This document shows positions 47,666 to 57,040 of a stretch of 58,323 nt of DNA, piece after piece. Within the stretch, counting starts at the first letter, position 1, and the number at the start of each line of letters is the position of its first letter. The DNA is from Bdellovibrionales bacterium. GTDB lineage: Bacteria > Bdellovibrionota_C > UBA2361 > SZUA-149 > JAGRAN01. The stretch is taken from positions 1-58,323 of the forward strand of contig JAGRAN010000079.1 in NCBI GenBank assembly GCA_020434585.1, given 5' to 3'. The notes beneath the pieces were generated by a model that saw nothing but the letters and a program-made list of their open reading frames with translations, searched no databases and was not told where the DNA came from. The translations under genes and the position numbers were made by a program.

Positions 47666-48838
47666 ATGGCGCTAAAAAATTTCTTATTTACCTCTGAATC
47701 CGTATCTGAGGGACATCCAGACAAAGTTTGTGATCAGATCAGCGACGCGGTGCTTGATGCCCTGCTGGCAGAGGACCCGCGGAGCAGAGTTGCGTGCGAG
47801 ACCCTTGTTAAAACAGGGATGGTACTTTTAGCGGGTGAAATCACCTCAAATGCAAAAGTTAACTTCGAAGAAATTGTTCGCGACACATTGCGCAGCATTG
47901 GTTACGTATCCAAGGAATGCGGCTGTGATGCTGATTCCGCTGCAGTGCTAGTGCACCTTAGCCGTCAGTCCGGCGACATCGCCCAAGGCGTCAACGAAAA
48001 CGAAGGTTCTTATGGTGAGCAGGGCGCAGGCGACCAGGGCATTATGTTTGGATTCGCGTGCAATGAAACTCCGGAATACATGCCGCTGCCGATTTCTCTC
48101 AGCCACAAACTCGTGCATCGTCTTGCGGAGTTAAGGCACGCTGGAGATATCGATTTTGTTCTGCCCGACTCAAAGTCACAGGTAACTGTGCGATATGAAA
48201 ACGGCAGACCAAAGTTCATTGACTCTGTTGTTATCTCCACTCAGCATAAAGCTGAAGTCGAGCTTGATACCTTGAAAGAGGTCGTGGTCGACAAAGTTAT
48301 TCGCAACGTACTTCCGTCGAATTTAATGAACGATAAGACAAAGTTTTATATTAATCCGACTGGCAGATTCGTAGTGGGCGGCCCGCAAGCCGATGCTGGA
48401 CTAACCGGCAGAAAGATTATCGTCGACACTTACGGCGGATACAGCCGCCACGGTGGAGGTGCATTCTCTGGAAAAGACCCCAGCAAGGTCGACCGCTCCG
48501 CAGCTTATGCAGCACGCTATGTCGCAAAGAACATCGTAGCTGCTGGCCTGGCAGATCGTTGTGAAATTCAACTGGGATATGCCATCGGAGTTGCGGAACC
48601 GGTGTCGGTGCTTGTCGATACGTTCGATACCGGCAAAGTCGACGAAGAGCTAATTGCTAAAGAAGCACGTGAGCTGTTCGACTTCCGCCCGAAAGCAATT
48701 ATCGAAAAGCTCGACTTACTCAAGCCAATTTACCGCGCCACAGCCGCTTACGGACACTTCGGCCGCGAGCCAGGCAAAGATGGCAGCTTTTCCTGGGAGA
48801 AGCTCGACTTGGTAGAAGGCTTTAAGAAGCTACTTTAA
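47666..48838 (+). CDS. metK: S-adenosylmethionine synthetase
   Basis: Motifs [24 protein letters not shown] and [19 protein letters not shown]. Confidence 0.98.
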   Translation: MALKNFLFTSESVSEGHPDKVCDQISDAVLDALLAEDPRSRVACETLVKTGMVLLAGEITSNAKVNFEEIVRDTLRSIGYVSKECGCDADSAAVLVHLSRQSGDIAQGVNENEGSYGEQGAGDQGIMFGFACNETPEYMPLPISLSHKLVHRLAELRHAGDIDFVLPDSKSQVTVRYENGRPKFIDSVVISTQHKAEVELDTLKEVVVDKVIRNVLPSNLMNDKTKFYINPTGRFVVGGPQADAGLTGRKIIVDTYGGYSRHGGGAFSGKDPSKVDRSAAYAARYVAKNIVAAGLADRCEIQLGYAIGVAEPVSVLVDTFDTGKVDEELIAKEARELFDFRPKAIIEKLDLLKPIYRATAAYGHFGREPGKDGSFSWEKLDLVEGFKKLL

Positions 48839-48859
48839 GCTTTAATAGAGTTGACCTTG

Positions 48860-48914
48860 AAAGGCGGTCGGCACTTCAGTCAAAGCTGAAGTTGTCAGGC
48901 CGCCTTTACTTTTT
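48860..48914. terminator. Bidirectional stem-loop terminator between convergent metK and 48906..49361
   Basis: Outer arms AAAGGCGG (48860-48867) and CCGCCTTT (48900-48907), inner arms ACTTCAG / CTGAAGT. Followed by ACTTTTTC on the plus strand, with an A/T-rich stretch on the other side. Confidence 0.6.
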
Positions 48915-49361
48915 CTTGCCGAGGGCTTCGATGTCCTCTTTAACGAGTTCAACCAGACCCGTTCTGGAGCAGGCATCGACTTCATAGCGGGCCGGATTGC
49001 CTTTGCCGAAGACCAAATAGTCCTGCTCAAGCAAAAATTCGACGCCGCAATTTTGAGGTCCATCCGGCGTATAAATCAATAACTGCCTTCCGGAAGAGGT
49101 TTCTTCAAATTCGGTTTTAAAGCGATTAAAGGCTGCGAATTCGATTTCCATTTTGCCTTCGCGCATGACGCTGTTTTTGATCGAAGTCACGCGACCTAGA
49201 AAAACAATACTCGCGTCTTCCACTGCTTGGTTCAGTGAAGGCTTTTCTGGGCATTTGCAGTCGGCGAATGCATTGGGCACAGCTGATGTAAATAAGGTTA
49301 GACAAAGAAATAAAACCGAACGCATCACCGGCAAATTCCCCCTAATAACGTTGTTCCTCAC
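48906..49361 (-). CDS. Secreted TIMP/NTR-module-like protein
   Basis: Signal peptide ending AFA, then DCKCPEKPSLNQAVEDASIVFLGRV ... LLIYTPDGPQNCGVEF..QDYLVFGKG...YEVDACS. The pattern parallels the TIMP N-domain: CxCxPxxPQxAFCxxDxVIRAK ... FIYT....CG......EYLIAGK.....I..C. Confidence 0.55.
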   Translation of the reverse strand: MRNNVIRGNLPVMRSVLFLCLTLFTSAVPNAFADCKCPEKPSLNQAVEDASIVFLGRVTSIKNSVMREGKMEIEFAAFNRFKTEFEETSSGRQLLIYTPDGPQNCGVEFLLEQDYLVFGKGNPARYEVDACSRTGLVELVKEDIEALGKKK

Positions 49362-49532
49362 CAGATATCTTATACAATGCCTGACAGGAAGTGTCGACGC
49401 ATTTACTGCGCCTAACCCTACACAAACGTTAAGGTTTATGTTAGCGTACTTTGCTTAGTCATACCTTGCGACGCAGCGGTGGCGGGATTTATTCAGCCGA
49501 CGTTGGGCAGCTTGAGACGCCGTGGAGGGCGG

Positions 49533-51734
49533 ATGGAAACCGAAACAGCTCAGAATCCAGAGTCTAAACCAGATCAAAGTGTCATCTTGGAAGTATCCGG
49601 TCAGACGGCCATTTTGCGACTGGGCACACCAAACGAACGATATGTCACGATCACTCCGCGGCGAATGGAAACGTTCGAACAGGCCTTAGATAAAATCGAG
49701 TCCAATCCGTCTCTGCAGGGCCTTGTCATTATCGGATCTGGTCCCGGATTATTCTGCAACGGCGCTGACATCAACCAAATTAGCGGCGTAACCGACGTGG
49801 CGATCGCCAAGGGCCTCGCCAGCCGCGGGCAGGGACTATTTCAGCGCGTTGCCAGCTTGAAGTGCACCACCGTTGCAGCAGTATCCGGCGCATGTGTGGG
49901 CGGTGGCTATGAACTTGCTCTGGCTTGCGACTATCGAATTGCCGCCAATATTAGCGAAGTTAAGGTGGGTCTCCCGGAGATTAAGTTGGGAATCATTCCC
50001 GGCTTTGGTGGATCCGTTCGGCTCCCGCGTCTACTAGGACTCCCTGCCGCACTTGATATCATCCTTAAAGGTAGAATGCTTCCAGCAAAACGCGGTCTAA
50101 AGGCTGGACTGGTCGACGAAGTGGTCGAAGTAGAAGGTTCAGCTGACAAGGGTTATTCAGCCCTGGAAGCAAAAGCTTGTGAAATTGCATCCGGCAGACA
50201 CACGCCAAGACGAAAACCCATCGCATTCGGCGAAAAAATTCTTACCTTCACTGGCATCGGCCGAAAGATGGTCGCCAACAAAGCGCTGGCACAGGTCCAC
50301 AAAACGACCGGCGGCCACTATCCCGCGCCACCGCGCGCTGTTGAAGTCGCAACTAAGGCGCTTTCAATGAACGTCGTTCCGGCCCTTGATATGGAGGCAC
50401 AGGCTTTAGCCGAACTCATCGTCACTCCCGAGAGCAAGTCGCTTGTCCATCTCTTCTTCCTTACCGACGAAGCTGGCAAACGATGGAAATCACTGCAGGA
50501 CGAGGTTTCCCAAGCGAAAGCCGCTGTCCTTGGGGCAGGCACTATGGGAGCAGGAATAGCAGCATCCCTGCTTAGTTCGGGGGTCGAAGTCCTCTTGGTT
50601 GATCTCGACAGCAAAGCGCGCGAACGTGCTGAGGCTCACATCGAAGACTCCCTTGGCAAACGTTTCAAATACGAACCTGACAAAGCCAAATCGTCCCTGG
50701 CTAAGCTGTCGATCGAAGGAACGATCGACAGCATCAACGATGTAGAAATCGTTATTGAGGCAATCGTAGAAAAGCTCGACGTAAAAAAGCGCGTGTTCGG
50801 TCAATTGGCATCTCTCCTACCCGACACGGCCGTTCTTGCCAGCAACACTTCTTCGCTTCCGATTAGCGAAATTGCTTCAGATTTATCTCATCCCGAGCGG
50901 GTCATAGGAATGCACTTCTTCAATCCCGCTGAGAAAATGCCGCTAGTTGAAATCGTGAGATCTTCAGTGACAGACCAGCGTTCAATCGCGTTCACTGCGG
51001 CTCTTGCCTCCAAGTTGGGTAAATATCCTGTTGTCGTTGAAGAGGTCCCTGGGTTTCTCGTGAACCGAATTTTAAGCCCATATCTAGCAGAAGCTGCGTG
51101 GGCTCTGGGTGATGGCTACTCAATCACAGATATCGATAAGGCTGCTGTCCGTTTTGGTATGCCGATGGGGCCGCTTAGACTGCTTGACGAAGTTGGCCTG
51201 GACGTGGCTGCCCATGTCGCCGAAATCATGAGCAGCAGCTACGGCAGTCGCATGGAGACTCCGCCATTCACAGCAAAACTAGCATCGCTGGGCCGACTCG
51301 GCCGCAAGTCCGGTAAAGGGTTTTACGTCTATAACGGAAAGGAAGGCACTCCAGATTCAGAACTAAGTCAATTACTAGAGCTGCCCGATCACCCGACCGC
51401 AGGCTCTCCGGCAGAATTGCAGGATCGCCTTATCCTCTCCATGGTTAACGAAGCAGTGCGCTGTTTTGACGAGGGAGTTGCCGGCACACCCTGCAGGGAA
51501 TCCGCTGGACAGATTGATCTGGCCACAGTCATGGGAACAGGATTCGCGCCGTTTCGCGGAGGGATCATGCATTATGCTGAACGGGTCGGCGCCAGAGACA
51601 TTTTGACTCGCCTAGAGCGCCTCGAGAAGCAGCACGGTTTTAGATTCACACCTGCGATGGGGATCAAAGCGCGCGCAGCTGGCAGCGGCGGCAGCTTCTA
51701 CGAACCGATCGAAGGCAGTTCTACGATGCAGTAG
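49533..51734 (+). CDS. Fatty-acid oxidation multifunctional enzyme (enoyl-CoA hydratase / 3-hydroxyacyl-CoA dehydrogenase), FadB/FadJ type
   Basis: N-terminal crotonase fold (FCNGADI, GGGYELALACD) and a C-terminal NAD-binding domain with VLGAGTMGAGIA. The track ORF starts with a GTG at 49479; the ATG at 49533 follows GGAGGG. Confidence 0.9.
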   Translation: METETAQNPESKPDQSVILEVSGQTAILRLGTPNERYVTITPRRMETFEQALDKIESNPSLQGLVIIGSGPGLFCNGADINQISGVTDVAIAKGLASRGQGLFQRVASLKCTTVAAVSGACVGGGYELALACDYRIAANISEVKVGLPEIKLGIIPGFGGSVRLPRLLGLPAALDIILKGRMLPAKRGLKAGLVDEVVEVEGSADKGYSALEAKACEIASGRHTPRRKPIAFGEKILTFTGIGRKMVANKALAQVHKTTGGHYPAPPRAVEVATKALSMNVVPALDMEAQALAELIVTPESKSLVHLFFLTDEAGKRWKSLQDEVSQAKAAVLGAGTMGAGIAASLLSSGVEVLLVDLDSKARERAEAHIEDSLGKRFKYEPDKAKSSLAKLSIEGTIDSINDVEIVIEAIVEKLDVKKRVFGQLASLLPDTAVLASNTSSLPISEIASDLSHPERVIGMHFFNPAEKMPLVEIVRSSVTDQRSIAFTAALASKLGKYPVVVEEVPGFLVNRILSPYLAEAAWALGDGYSITDIDKAAVRFGMPMGPLRLLDEVGLDVAAHVAEIMSSSYGSRMETPPFTAKLASLGRLGRKSGKGFYVYNGKEGTPDSELSQLLELPDHPTAGSPAELQDRLILSMVNEAVRCFDEGVAGTPCRESAGQIDLATVMGTGFAPFRGGIMHYAERVGARDILTRLERLEKQHGFRFTPAMGIKARAAGSGGSFYEPIEGSSTMQ

Positions 51735-52434
51735 AGTGCTTTGCACCGCGAATTATCAGCACGAATTCGCCTTTAACGCTGCTGCGAGATTCCAGCTCGC
51801 CAGCTAGCTCTTTGGCTGTTCCTGAGAGGTATTCCTCGTGAATTTTTGTCATTTCCCGCGCTAGGAACAAGTCACGTTGCGGCTCGATGGAAGCGATTAG
51901 TCCAAGGGTTTTACAAATCTTGTGCACCGACTCGTATAAGATAACGCAGCATTCTGACGCTAGAGCTTCACGAACTGTCTTCTCGCGCTTGCCGGGCTTT
52001 TGCGGAAGGAACCCAAAAAAGGAGAATCGATCTGTCTCAAATCCAGAAACAGAGAGCGCAGCAATCGCGGCACTTGGACCCGGAATTGGTATTACAGAAA
52101 CGTCAGCTTCTCTGCACGCTTTCACTATTCTATAGCCGGGATCGCTCAACGTCGGAGTGCCGGCATCCGATACCAGCGCAGCTGATTTCCCCTGCGCAAG
52201 TTGAGCCAAAATATCCTGGGCACGACTGGACTCGTTATGATCGTGGTAGCTTAAAGCCTTGGTAGATATCTCAAATCTTTTGGCCAAACGACCAAAATTG
52301 CGGGTGTCCTCAGCCAAGATGATATCGACTGACCTTAAAACACTCAGGGCACGCGAGGAAAAGTCATCGAGATTGCCGATGGGGGTGGCAACTACATACA
52401 AAGTCCCGCTAGATTTGGTGTTATGCTCTTGCAT
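51721..52434 (-). CDS. rsmI: 16S rRNA (cytidine1402-2'-O)-methyltransferase
   Basis: Motifs GTLYVVATPIGNLDDFS and ILAEDTR (tetrapyrrole-methylase fold, RsmI type). Confidence 0.9.
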   Translation of the reverse strand: MQEHNTKSSGTLYVVATPIGNLDDFSSRALSVLRSVDIILAEDTRNFGRLAKRFEISTKALSYHDHNESSRAQDILAQLAQGKSAALVSDAGTPTLSDPGYRIVKACREADVSVIPIPGPSAAIAALSVSGFETDRFSFFGFLPQKPGKREKTVREALASECCVILYESVHKICKTLGLIASIEPQRDLFLAREMTKIHEEYLSGTAKELAGELESRSSVKGEFVLIIRGAKHSTAS

Positions 52435-52520
52435 CGTTCTTGCTATAAACTAGGTTAGAACAGCGCTGCTTGCTCGATGTTACTTTATCAGCAGTACAAT
52501 GAACAGCAATAGAAAATGCC

Positions 52521-53594
52521 ATGGACGAAACTAAAACACTGCTGCGTGATGCAGTCAGCAAGTGGAACAGCAACATCGAGATTACCGACATTGATGTCAT
52601 CGCGCCTGATGCCTCGCTCAGGCGGTACTACCGTTTGCATCTCAAGGGTGGGGAAGTTGATCGCCTAGTCGCAATGGTCTTCGACTCCGTTACTCCCGCT
52701 GAAGCCGGAGACGGTCCCGTCATCAATTCAAATACGGCTTATGTAGAGCTCACTCGCTATTTCGAAAACAACGGCTGGCCGGTTCCACAGCTGTACTTCG
52801 AAGCGGACACTGGAAAGGTACTGTTAATAGAAGACCTAGGAAGTACGCTGCTCTGCTACACTGTCGTCGGAAGTCGTTCAAATGCGTTCAGCTCTGCACA
52901 GACAGATGAGCTATACAAACAAGCCGTAGAGCTAATTGCTTCGCTGCAGCAAATGCCGGCCGATAATTCATTTTTTCCATTCCAGCGCGGATTCAACGAA
53001 GCATTATACAGAAAGGAAATTGATGAGTTCAGAGAGTTCGTCTTCCTTCCGCAGCGCCCTGCCGGAGGAAAGCAGAATTTGCTCTCACATTTGTTTGATG
53101 AACTTGTTAAGCAGCTCTGCAGCATGGAACGCGTGTTAGTTCACCGTGATTTTCATTCGTGGAACCTGCTCATCGACGCGAATCAAAGCGTTAGAGTCAT
53201 CGATTTTCAGGACGCTTGCTTAGGAACTCCGGCATACGACCTAGTTGCATTGCTGAACGACCGCGATACCGACTCCTGCCTCGGACCCAAACGTGGCCGG
53301 ATGCTCCTGGAATATTTTATTGATATTTCCTCCTTCGACGACAGTTTTTACGACGCATACTACCTGACTCTACTTCAGCGCGACCTAAAGGTTGCTGGCC
53401 GTTTTACCAAGCTGGTAAAAGTTCGAGGCCTTACCGCATATGAAGAGTGGATCCCTGGAACGATGGGACGTATCGGACGCACATTAGCGCTAATCTCAGA
53501 GCGGCGCGGACTATCAACATCAGGGGCGATGCTCGAAGTACTGGAAGAAATGTTCCCCAATATTAAGGAACGCCGACAGCTCCCGGAGGCTTAA
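52521..53594 (+). CDS. Aminoglycoside-phosphotransferase-fold kinase, AmgK-like (anomeric MurNAc/GlcNAc kinase)
   Basis: Has LVHRDFHSWNLLID (the APH catalytic loop) and IDFQDA. Followed 3 nt later by a MurU-like nucleotidyltransferase, the known AmgK-MurU pairing. Confidence 0.65.
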   Translation: MDETKTLLRDAVSKWNSNIEITDIDVIAPDASLRRYYRLHLKGGEVDRLVAMVFDSVTPAEAGDGPVINSNTAYVELTRYFENNGWPVPQLYFEADTGKVLLIEDLGSTLLCYTVVGSRSNAFSSAQTDELYKQAVELIASLQQMPADNSFFPFQRGFNEALYRKEIDEFREFVFLPQRPAGGKQNLLSHLFDELVKQLCSMERVLVHRDFHSWNLLIDANQSVRVIDFQDACLGTPAYDLVALLNDRDTDSCLGPKRGRMLLEYFIDISSFDDSFYDAYYLTLLQRDLKVAGRFTKLVKVRGLTAYEEWIPGTMGRIGRTLALISERRGLSTSGAMLEVLEEMFPNIKERRQLPEA

Positions 53595-53597
53595 CAA

Positions 53598-54332
53598 ATG
53601 CAGCAAGCTGACTTGCTGATTCTCGCAGCTGGATTTGGTAAACGCCTCGGCGCATTGACCGAGAATTGCCCTAAGGCATTAGTCAAAGTCGCCGGCAAAC
53701 CGCTTATCTTTTGGAATATTGAACTGGCGGTCACAGCAGGCTTTGAAAAGATTTTTGTCAATTTACATTACCTGCCCGAGCTTATTCGGAAGGAAGTCGG
53801 CGACGGGTCCAGGTGGGGCATCGAGATTAAATACAGCGAGGAGCAGCCACTCATCTTAGATACGGGCGGGGCAATAAAAAATATCGAAAGCAAGCTCGAA
53901 CATCAGATGCTTGTAACGATGAATTGCGACACTTTGCTGGGTCGTGATTTTTCGATATCCGGTTTAATCACCCGTCACCAAAGCTGCCCAGAAGCGCTGG
54001 CAACTCTAGTTTTGCGACGTGACCACCGCGCTCGCGACTTCGGCTCAGTGGGAGTCGACACAGAGGGAAGGGTAGTCAGCTTCTTAGGTAAGCAGTACGG
54101 TAAGACGCCGCCAATTGAGGAGTTGATGTATACCGGTGTGCAAGTGCTCTCAAGAAAGTTAATCGCCGAGATGCCCCCAGCTGGCACTGTCTTTAGCATC
54201 ACCCAGGATACATACGTCGAGAAGCTTTCTGCAGGAGGGTATATCAATTCCGATCTCTATCCCGGTGCCTGGAACGACGTGGGCACCCCCGAGCGACTCG
54301 AGGAGGCGCAGCAGCAAGCGTCTAAGTGGTAA
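53598..54332 (+). CDS. Sugar-1-phosphate nucleotidyltransferase, MurU-like
   Basis: N-terminal LILAAGFGKRLGALTENCPKALVKVAGKPLI (the G-x-G-x-R-L NTP-transferase motif). Confidence 0.7.
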   Translation: MQQADLLILAAGFGKRLGALTENCPKALVKVAGKPLIFWNIELAVTAGFEKIFVNLHYLPELIRKEVGDGSRWGIEIKYSEEQPLILDTGGAIKNIESKLEHQMLVTMNCDTLLGRDFSISGLITRHQSCPEALATLVLRRDHRARDFGSVGVDTEGRVVSFLGKQYGKTPPIEELMYTGVQVLSRKLIAEMPPAGTVFSITQDTYVEKLSAGGYINSDLYPGAWNDVGTPERLEEAQQQASKW

Positions 54333-54386
54333 ATAGCTGAAATCAAAAGTTTAATAATTTTTCGCAAAAAATTTTTCTTCGAGCGC

Positions 54387-54414
54387 TAAAGTATTTTGCG
54401 CAATCTGCCGTTGC
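54387..54414 (+). promoter_or_regulatory. Sigma-28 (FliA)-like promoter candidate upstream of flaG
   Basis: TAAAGTAT-N12-GCCGTTGC versus the consensus TAAAGTTT-N11-GCCGATAA. Spacer is 1 nt long and the -10 matches 5/8. Confidence 0.25.
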
Positions 54415-54674
54415 ACGAGACATCAAGTCTTCTCACGGGACTGGGCCTCAAAAGGGCTATAGAGAGGACTGGCAGGTGCTCTGAGCACTGCGTGTTCACG
54501 GACTGAACAATTGTGGTTTCTCGCCCGATTTTTCTTCTACTACACGCCGGATCTAGCACCGAACTCAAGGTGGACATGGCCCAGTGGCTTTGTCCGTAAC
54601 GGAGCAGACAAGGAGTCAGCTTTTGCTCTCGGGAAATCTCGGTCCGAGAGTTCTGATAAGGATGTTGTAGTAAA

Positions 54675-55142
54675 ATGGAAACGAGAACGGTAGATACGGC
54701 AAAAGAGGCTCGCAGTGACGAGTTCGCTGCAGTAGCCCCTGCCGAAACAAAAACACGGAATGTTGACCCGGAGAAAACCCGTGATTTGGATGTCGACGCA
54801 GTTCGTGTGGATCTTTCTGCTTCTATAGTCCGTCGCGCTGTCGCGAAGGGCGCTGAGGAAGATCGTGAACGAGCGGAAGACGACGAATCAGGAAATTCGA
54901 AGGTCACGGGAATCAACCCGGAAGAGATGCGAGAGCGTTTTGAAAACGCAATCAATTCGACCGAAGTTCGCTTTGACGTGTCCATCAAGGACAGCGGCAA
55001 ATCGAGCCTGTTCTTCCAGGTGGTTGAGAAGGAGTCTGGCAAGGTGATTCGCCAGTTTCCACCCGAGGAGTTAGTAGAGCTGGCACGGCAGCAGGCTGAA
55101 AAAGCCGAGCATGTCGGGCACTTAATTCGTGCTCTAGCTTAG
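54675..55142 (+). CDS. flaG: Flagellar protein FlaG
   Basis: The C-terminal FDVSIKDSGKSSLFFQVVEKESGKVIRQFPPEELVELAR matches the FlaG signature (xV-D--TGEVIRQIP-EE). Located upstream of fliD. Confidence 0.75.
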   Translation: METRTVDTAKEARSDEFAAVAPAETKTRNVDPEKTRDLDVDAVRVDLSASIVRRAVAKGAEEDRERAEDDESGNSKVTGINPEEMRERFENAINSTEVRFDVSIKDSGKSSLFFQVVEKESGKVIRQFPPEELVELARQQAEKAEHVGHLIRALA

Positions 55143-55253
55143 ACCTAACTCACCAGCGAACCGGTAATTCTTGCCGCAGGGAAGCGGTAGGCTAGTGGTG
55201 CGCCTCCAGGCTTAATCCCTCGCAACTCTTATCTTTTCTTAAAAAGTTAAGTC

Positions 55254-55269
55254 TGGCCTTAACTTTGCA
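55254..55269 (+). promoter_or_regulatory. Sigma-54 -24/-12 promoter candidate upstream of fliD
   Basis: TGGCCTTAACTTTGCA has GG and GC at the canonical 12-nt register. Lies about 150 nt upstream of the GTG start at 55422. Confidence 0.5.
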
Positions 55270-55421
55270 CCTAAATCTGTCGAGGAAGTTTGTACATGCC
55301 CCAAGCAGGTTCTGCTTGAGGCTATCCTGTAGGCTGCCACACGCCGTTTCGGTGCCTGCCTAGAAGTGAGCAGTAAGCGCAGTAATCATAACATTGCTAG
55401 TTAGGAACAGAGGGCCTACTC

Positions 55422-56831
55422 GTGCCGACCATTAGTTTTTCAGGAATCGCTTCCGGCATTGACGGAGATGCGGTTATCGAAGCGCTTACAGACGCTAAGC
55501 GGGTACAACAGGTCCCGCTAGAAAACAAGATTGCCTTTAATGACGCGGAAACTACCGCCCTCGAAGATTTCAATTCTAAACTGCTGACTCTTAAGACCGC
55601 CCTCAACAGCTTCTTAACGCTGTCCGGTGGAGCCATCTCAAAGGCGGCTACCAGTACCGATGATGACGTAGTTGATGTTTCCGCCAGTGCAACTGCACCG
55701 ACAAGTTCAACAACTATTGCTTCAGTCACTCAATTGGCGCGTGCCGCAGTATTTTCTTTCAACGATCGCTTTTCGGCTGCTGATGAGCCAATAGCGCCGG
55801 GGCTTACTGGCCCAACCAACATCGATATCACACTAGGTCAGGGCACAAAGGCTGAAACTTTTAGTATCGAGGTCGACGAAACGACGACACTCGGTGAAAT
55901 CGCCAACAAAATTAATGAAGCAGCTCCAGGTAAATTAATTGCCTCGGTAGTAAATCTGGGCAGTGAGGAAGAACCGGAATACACGCTGCTTATCAACGGA
56001 CAAAAGTCCGGACTAGACGAAGGGCACCTGACAGTCAGCGTTCCGCCTGAGCTGGCTAACGAAGGCGTGCTGCAGGGACACACGCAAGAACAAGCACAAA
56101 ACGCAATCTTCACTATCGCCGGACTTGGTCAGATCGAACGTCAGTCAAACACAGTCAATGGATTAATTCCCGGTCTGACAATTACTCTGAAAGCAGTGAG
56201 CACCTTACCGGTAGTTCTCAACGTCACCAACGATGCCGATAAAACTGCCGGACGAGTAGAGGAATTCGTCTCTGCCTTCAACGAAGCTATTATGCTTTCG
56301 AGAGATAGCAGCAAAATCGAACAAGAAACGGGAGAAAGTGGAACAACCGTAAACGTTTATGGCGACCTATCTAAAACCTCAACTGATGAGAATGCTATTG
56401 GTGCAATCAAAACCGCTCTCGCATCCGCAGCTTCAGGAATCGAAGGCAGCCCGGTGCAAATTTTTGCGGACATGGGCTTCAAAACTTTAAACGACGGCAC
56501 CATTGAGTTCAATATCGAAAAGTTTACCGAAGCGGTGAGCAAAGACCCCAATGCGGTGGAGAAACTGCTCCATCAGTTTGCCGATAAGACAGCCGCGACT
56601 ACCGGCGTTATTTCAGATTACACAAAATTCAACGGATTGATTGACCTTTCGATCCGCTCCAATGATCAAGAGATCGTCAGCTTGAATGAGCGGATCGAGA
56701 GAATTAACCGCAGTATTGCCGCTCAAGAGGAGCGCCTGAAAAAGGTGTTTGCTAACCTCGAATCAACAATCGGCGACCTCCAAAACCAAGCCAGTGCGCT
56801 AAGCGGAATTTTGGCCGGATTAGGCACTTAA
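55422..56831 (+). CDS. fliD: Flagellar filament cap protein FliD (hook-associated protein 2), copy 1
   Basis: 469 aa with N-terminus ISFSGIASGIDGDAVIEALTDAKR and the internal block NAIFTIAGLGQIERQSNTVNGLIPGLTITLK. C-terminal coiled coil. Confidence 0.92.
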   Translation: MPTISFSGIASGIDGDAVIEALTDAKRVQQVPLENKIAFNDAETTALEDFNSKLLTLKTALNSFLTLSGGAISKAATSTDDDVVDVSASATAPTSSTTIASVTQLARAAVFSFNDRFSAADEPIAPGLTGPTNIDITLGQGTKAETFSIEVDETTTLGEIANKINEAAPGKLIASVVNLGSEEEPEYTLLINGQKSGLDEGHLTVSVPPELANEGVLQGHTQEQAQNAIFTIAGLGQIERQSNTVNGLIPGLTITLKAVSTLPVVLNVTNDADKTAGRVEEFVSAFNEAIMLSRDSSKIEQETGESGTTVNVYGDLSKTSTDENAIGAIKTALASAASGIEGSPVQIFADMGFKTLNDGTIEFNIEKFTEAVSKDPNAVEKLLHQFADKTAATTGVISDYTKFNGLIDLSIRSNDQEIVSLNERIERINRSIAAQEERLKKVFANLESTIGDLQNQASALSGILAGLGT

Positions 56832-56896
56832 GGCTCGATATCGCTAAATACTTCTAATTACTACAGATATCGCCGCACTTCCGTTGATATTTTTAC

Positions 56897-56924
56897 TAAA
56901 GCTCTAAGCCTCGCCCGACGATAC
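56897..56924 (+). promoter_or_regulatory. Sigma-28-like promoter candidate upstream of the second fliD
   Basis: TAAAGCTC-N12-GACGATAC versus TAAAGTTT-N11-GCCGATAA. The -10 matches 6/8 and the spacer is 1 nt long. Confidence 0.25.
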
Positions 56925-57040
56925 CTACTACGTAGAGCCGCGATATCAGTGCTGCTGCATCGATATCCGGTTTGATGGTCTCTCGTTAAATAGTGCGTAA
57001 CCATGGATTGGCCGCGCACAAGTAGTATCGCAGTTGTAGT

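Noticed and set aside
54386-55042. 218-aa minus-strand ORF overlapping flaG.
   Set aside because: It is a Ser/Arg-rich, antisense-looking product with no RBS context. The plus-strand ORF has a recognisable FlaG C-terminal signature and the expected position before fliD.
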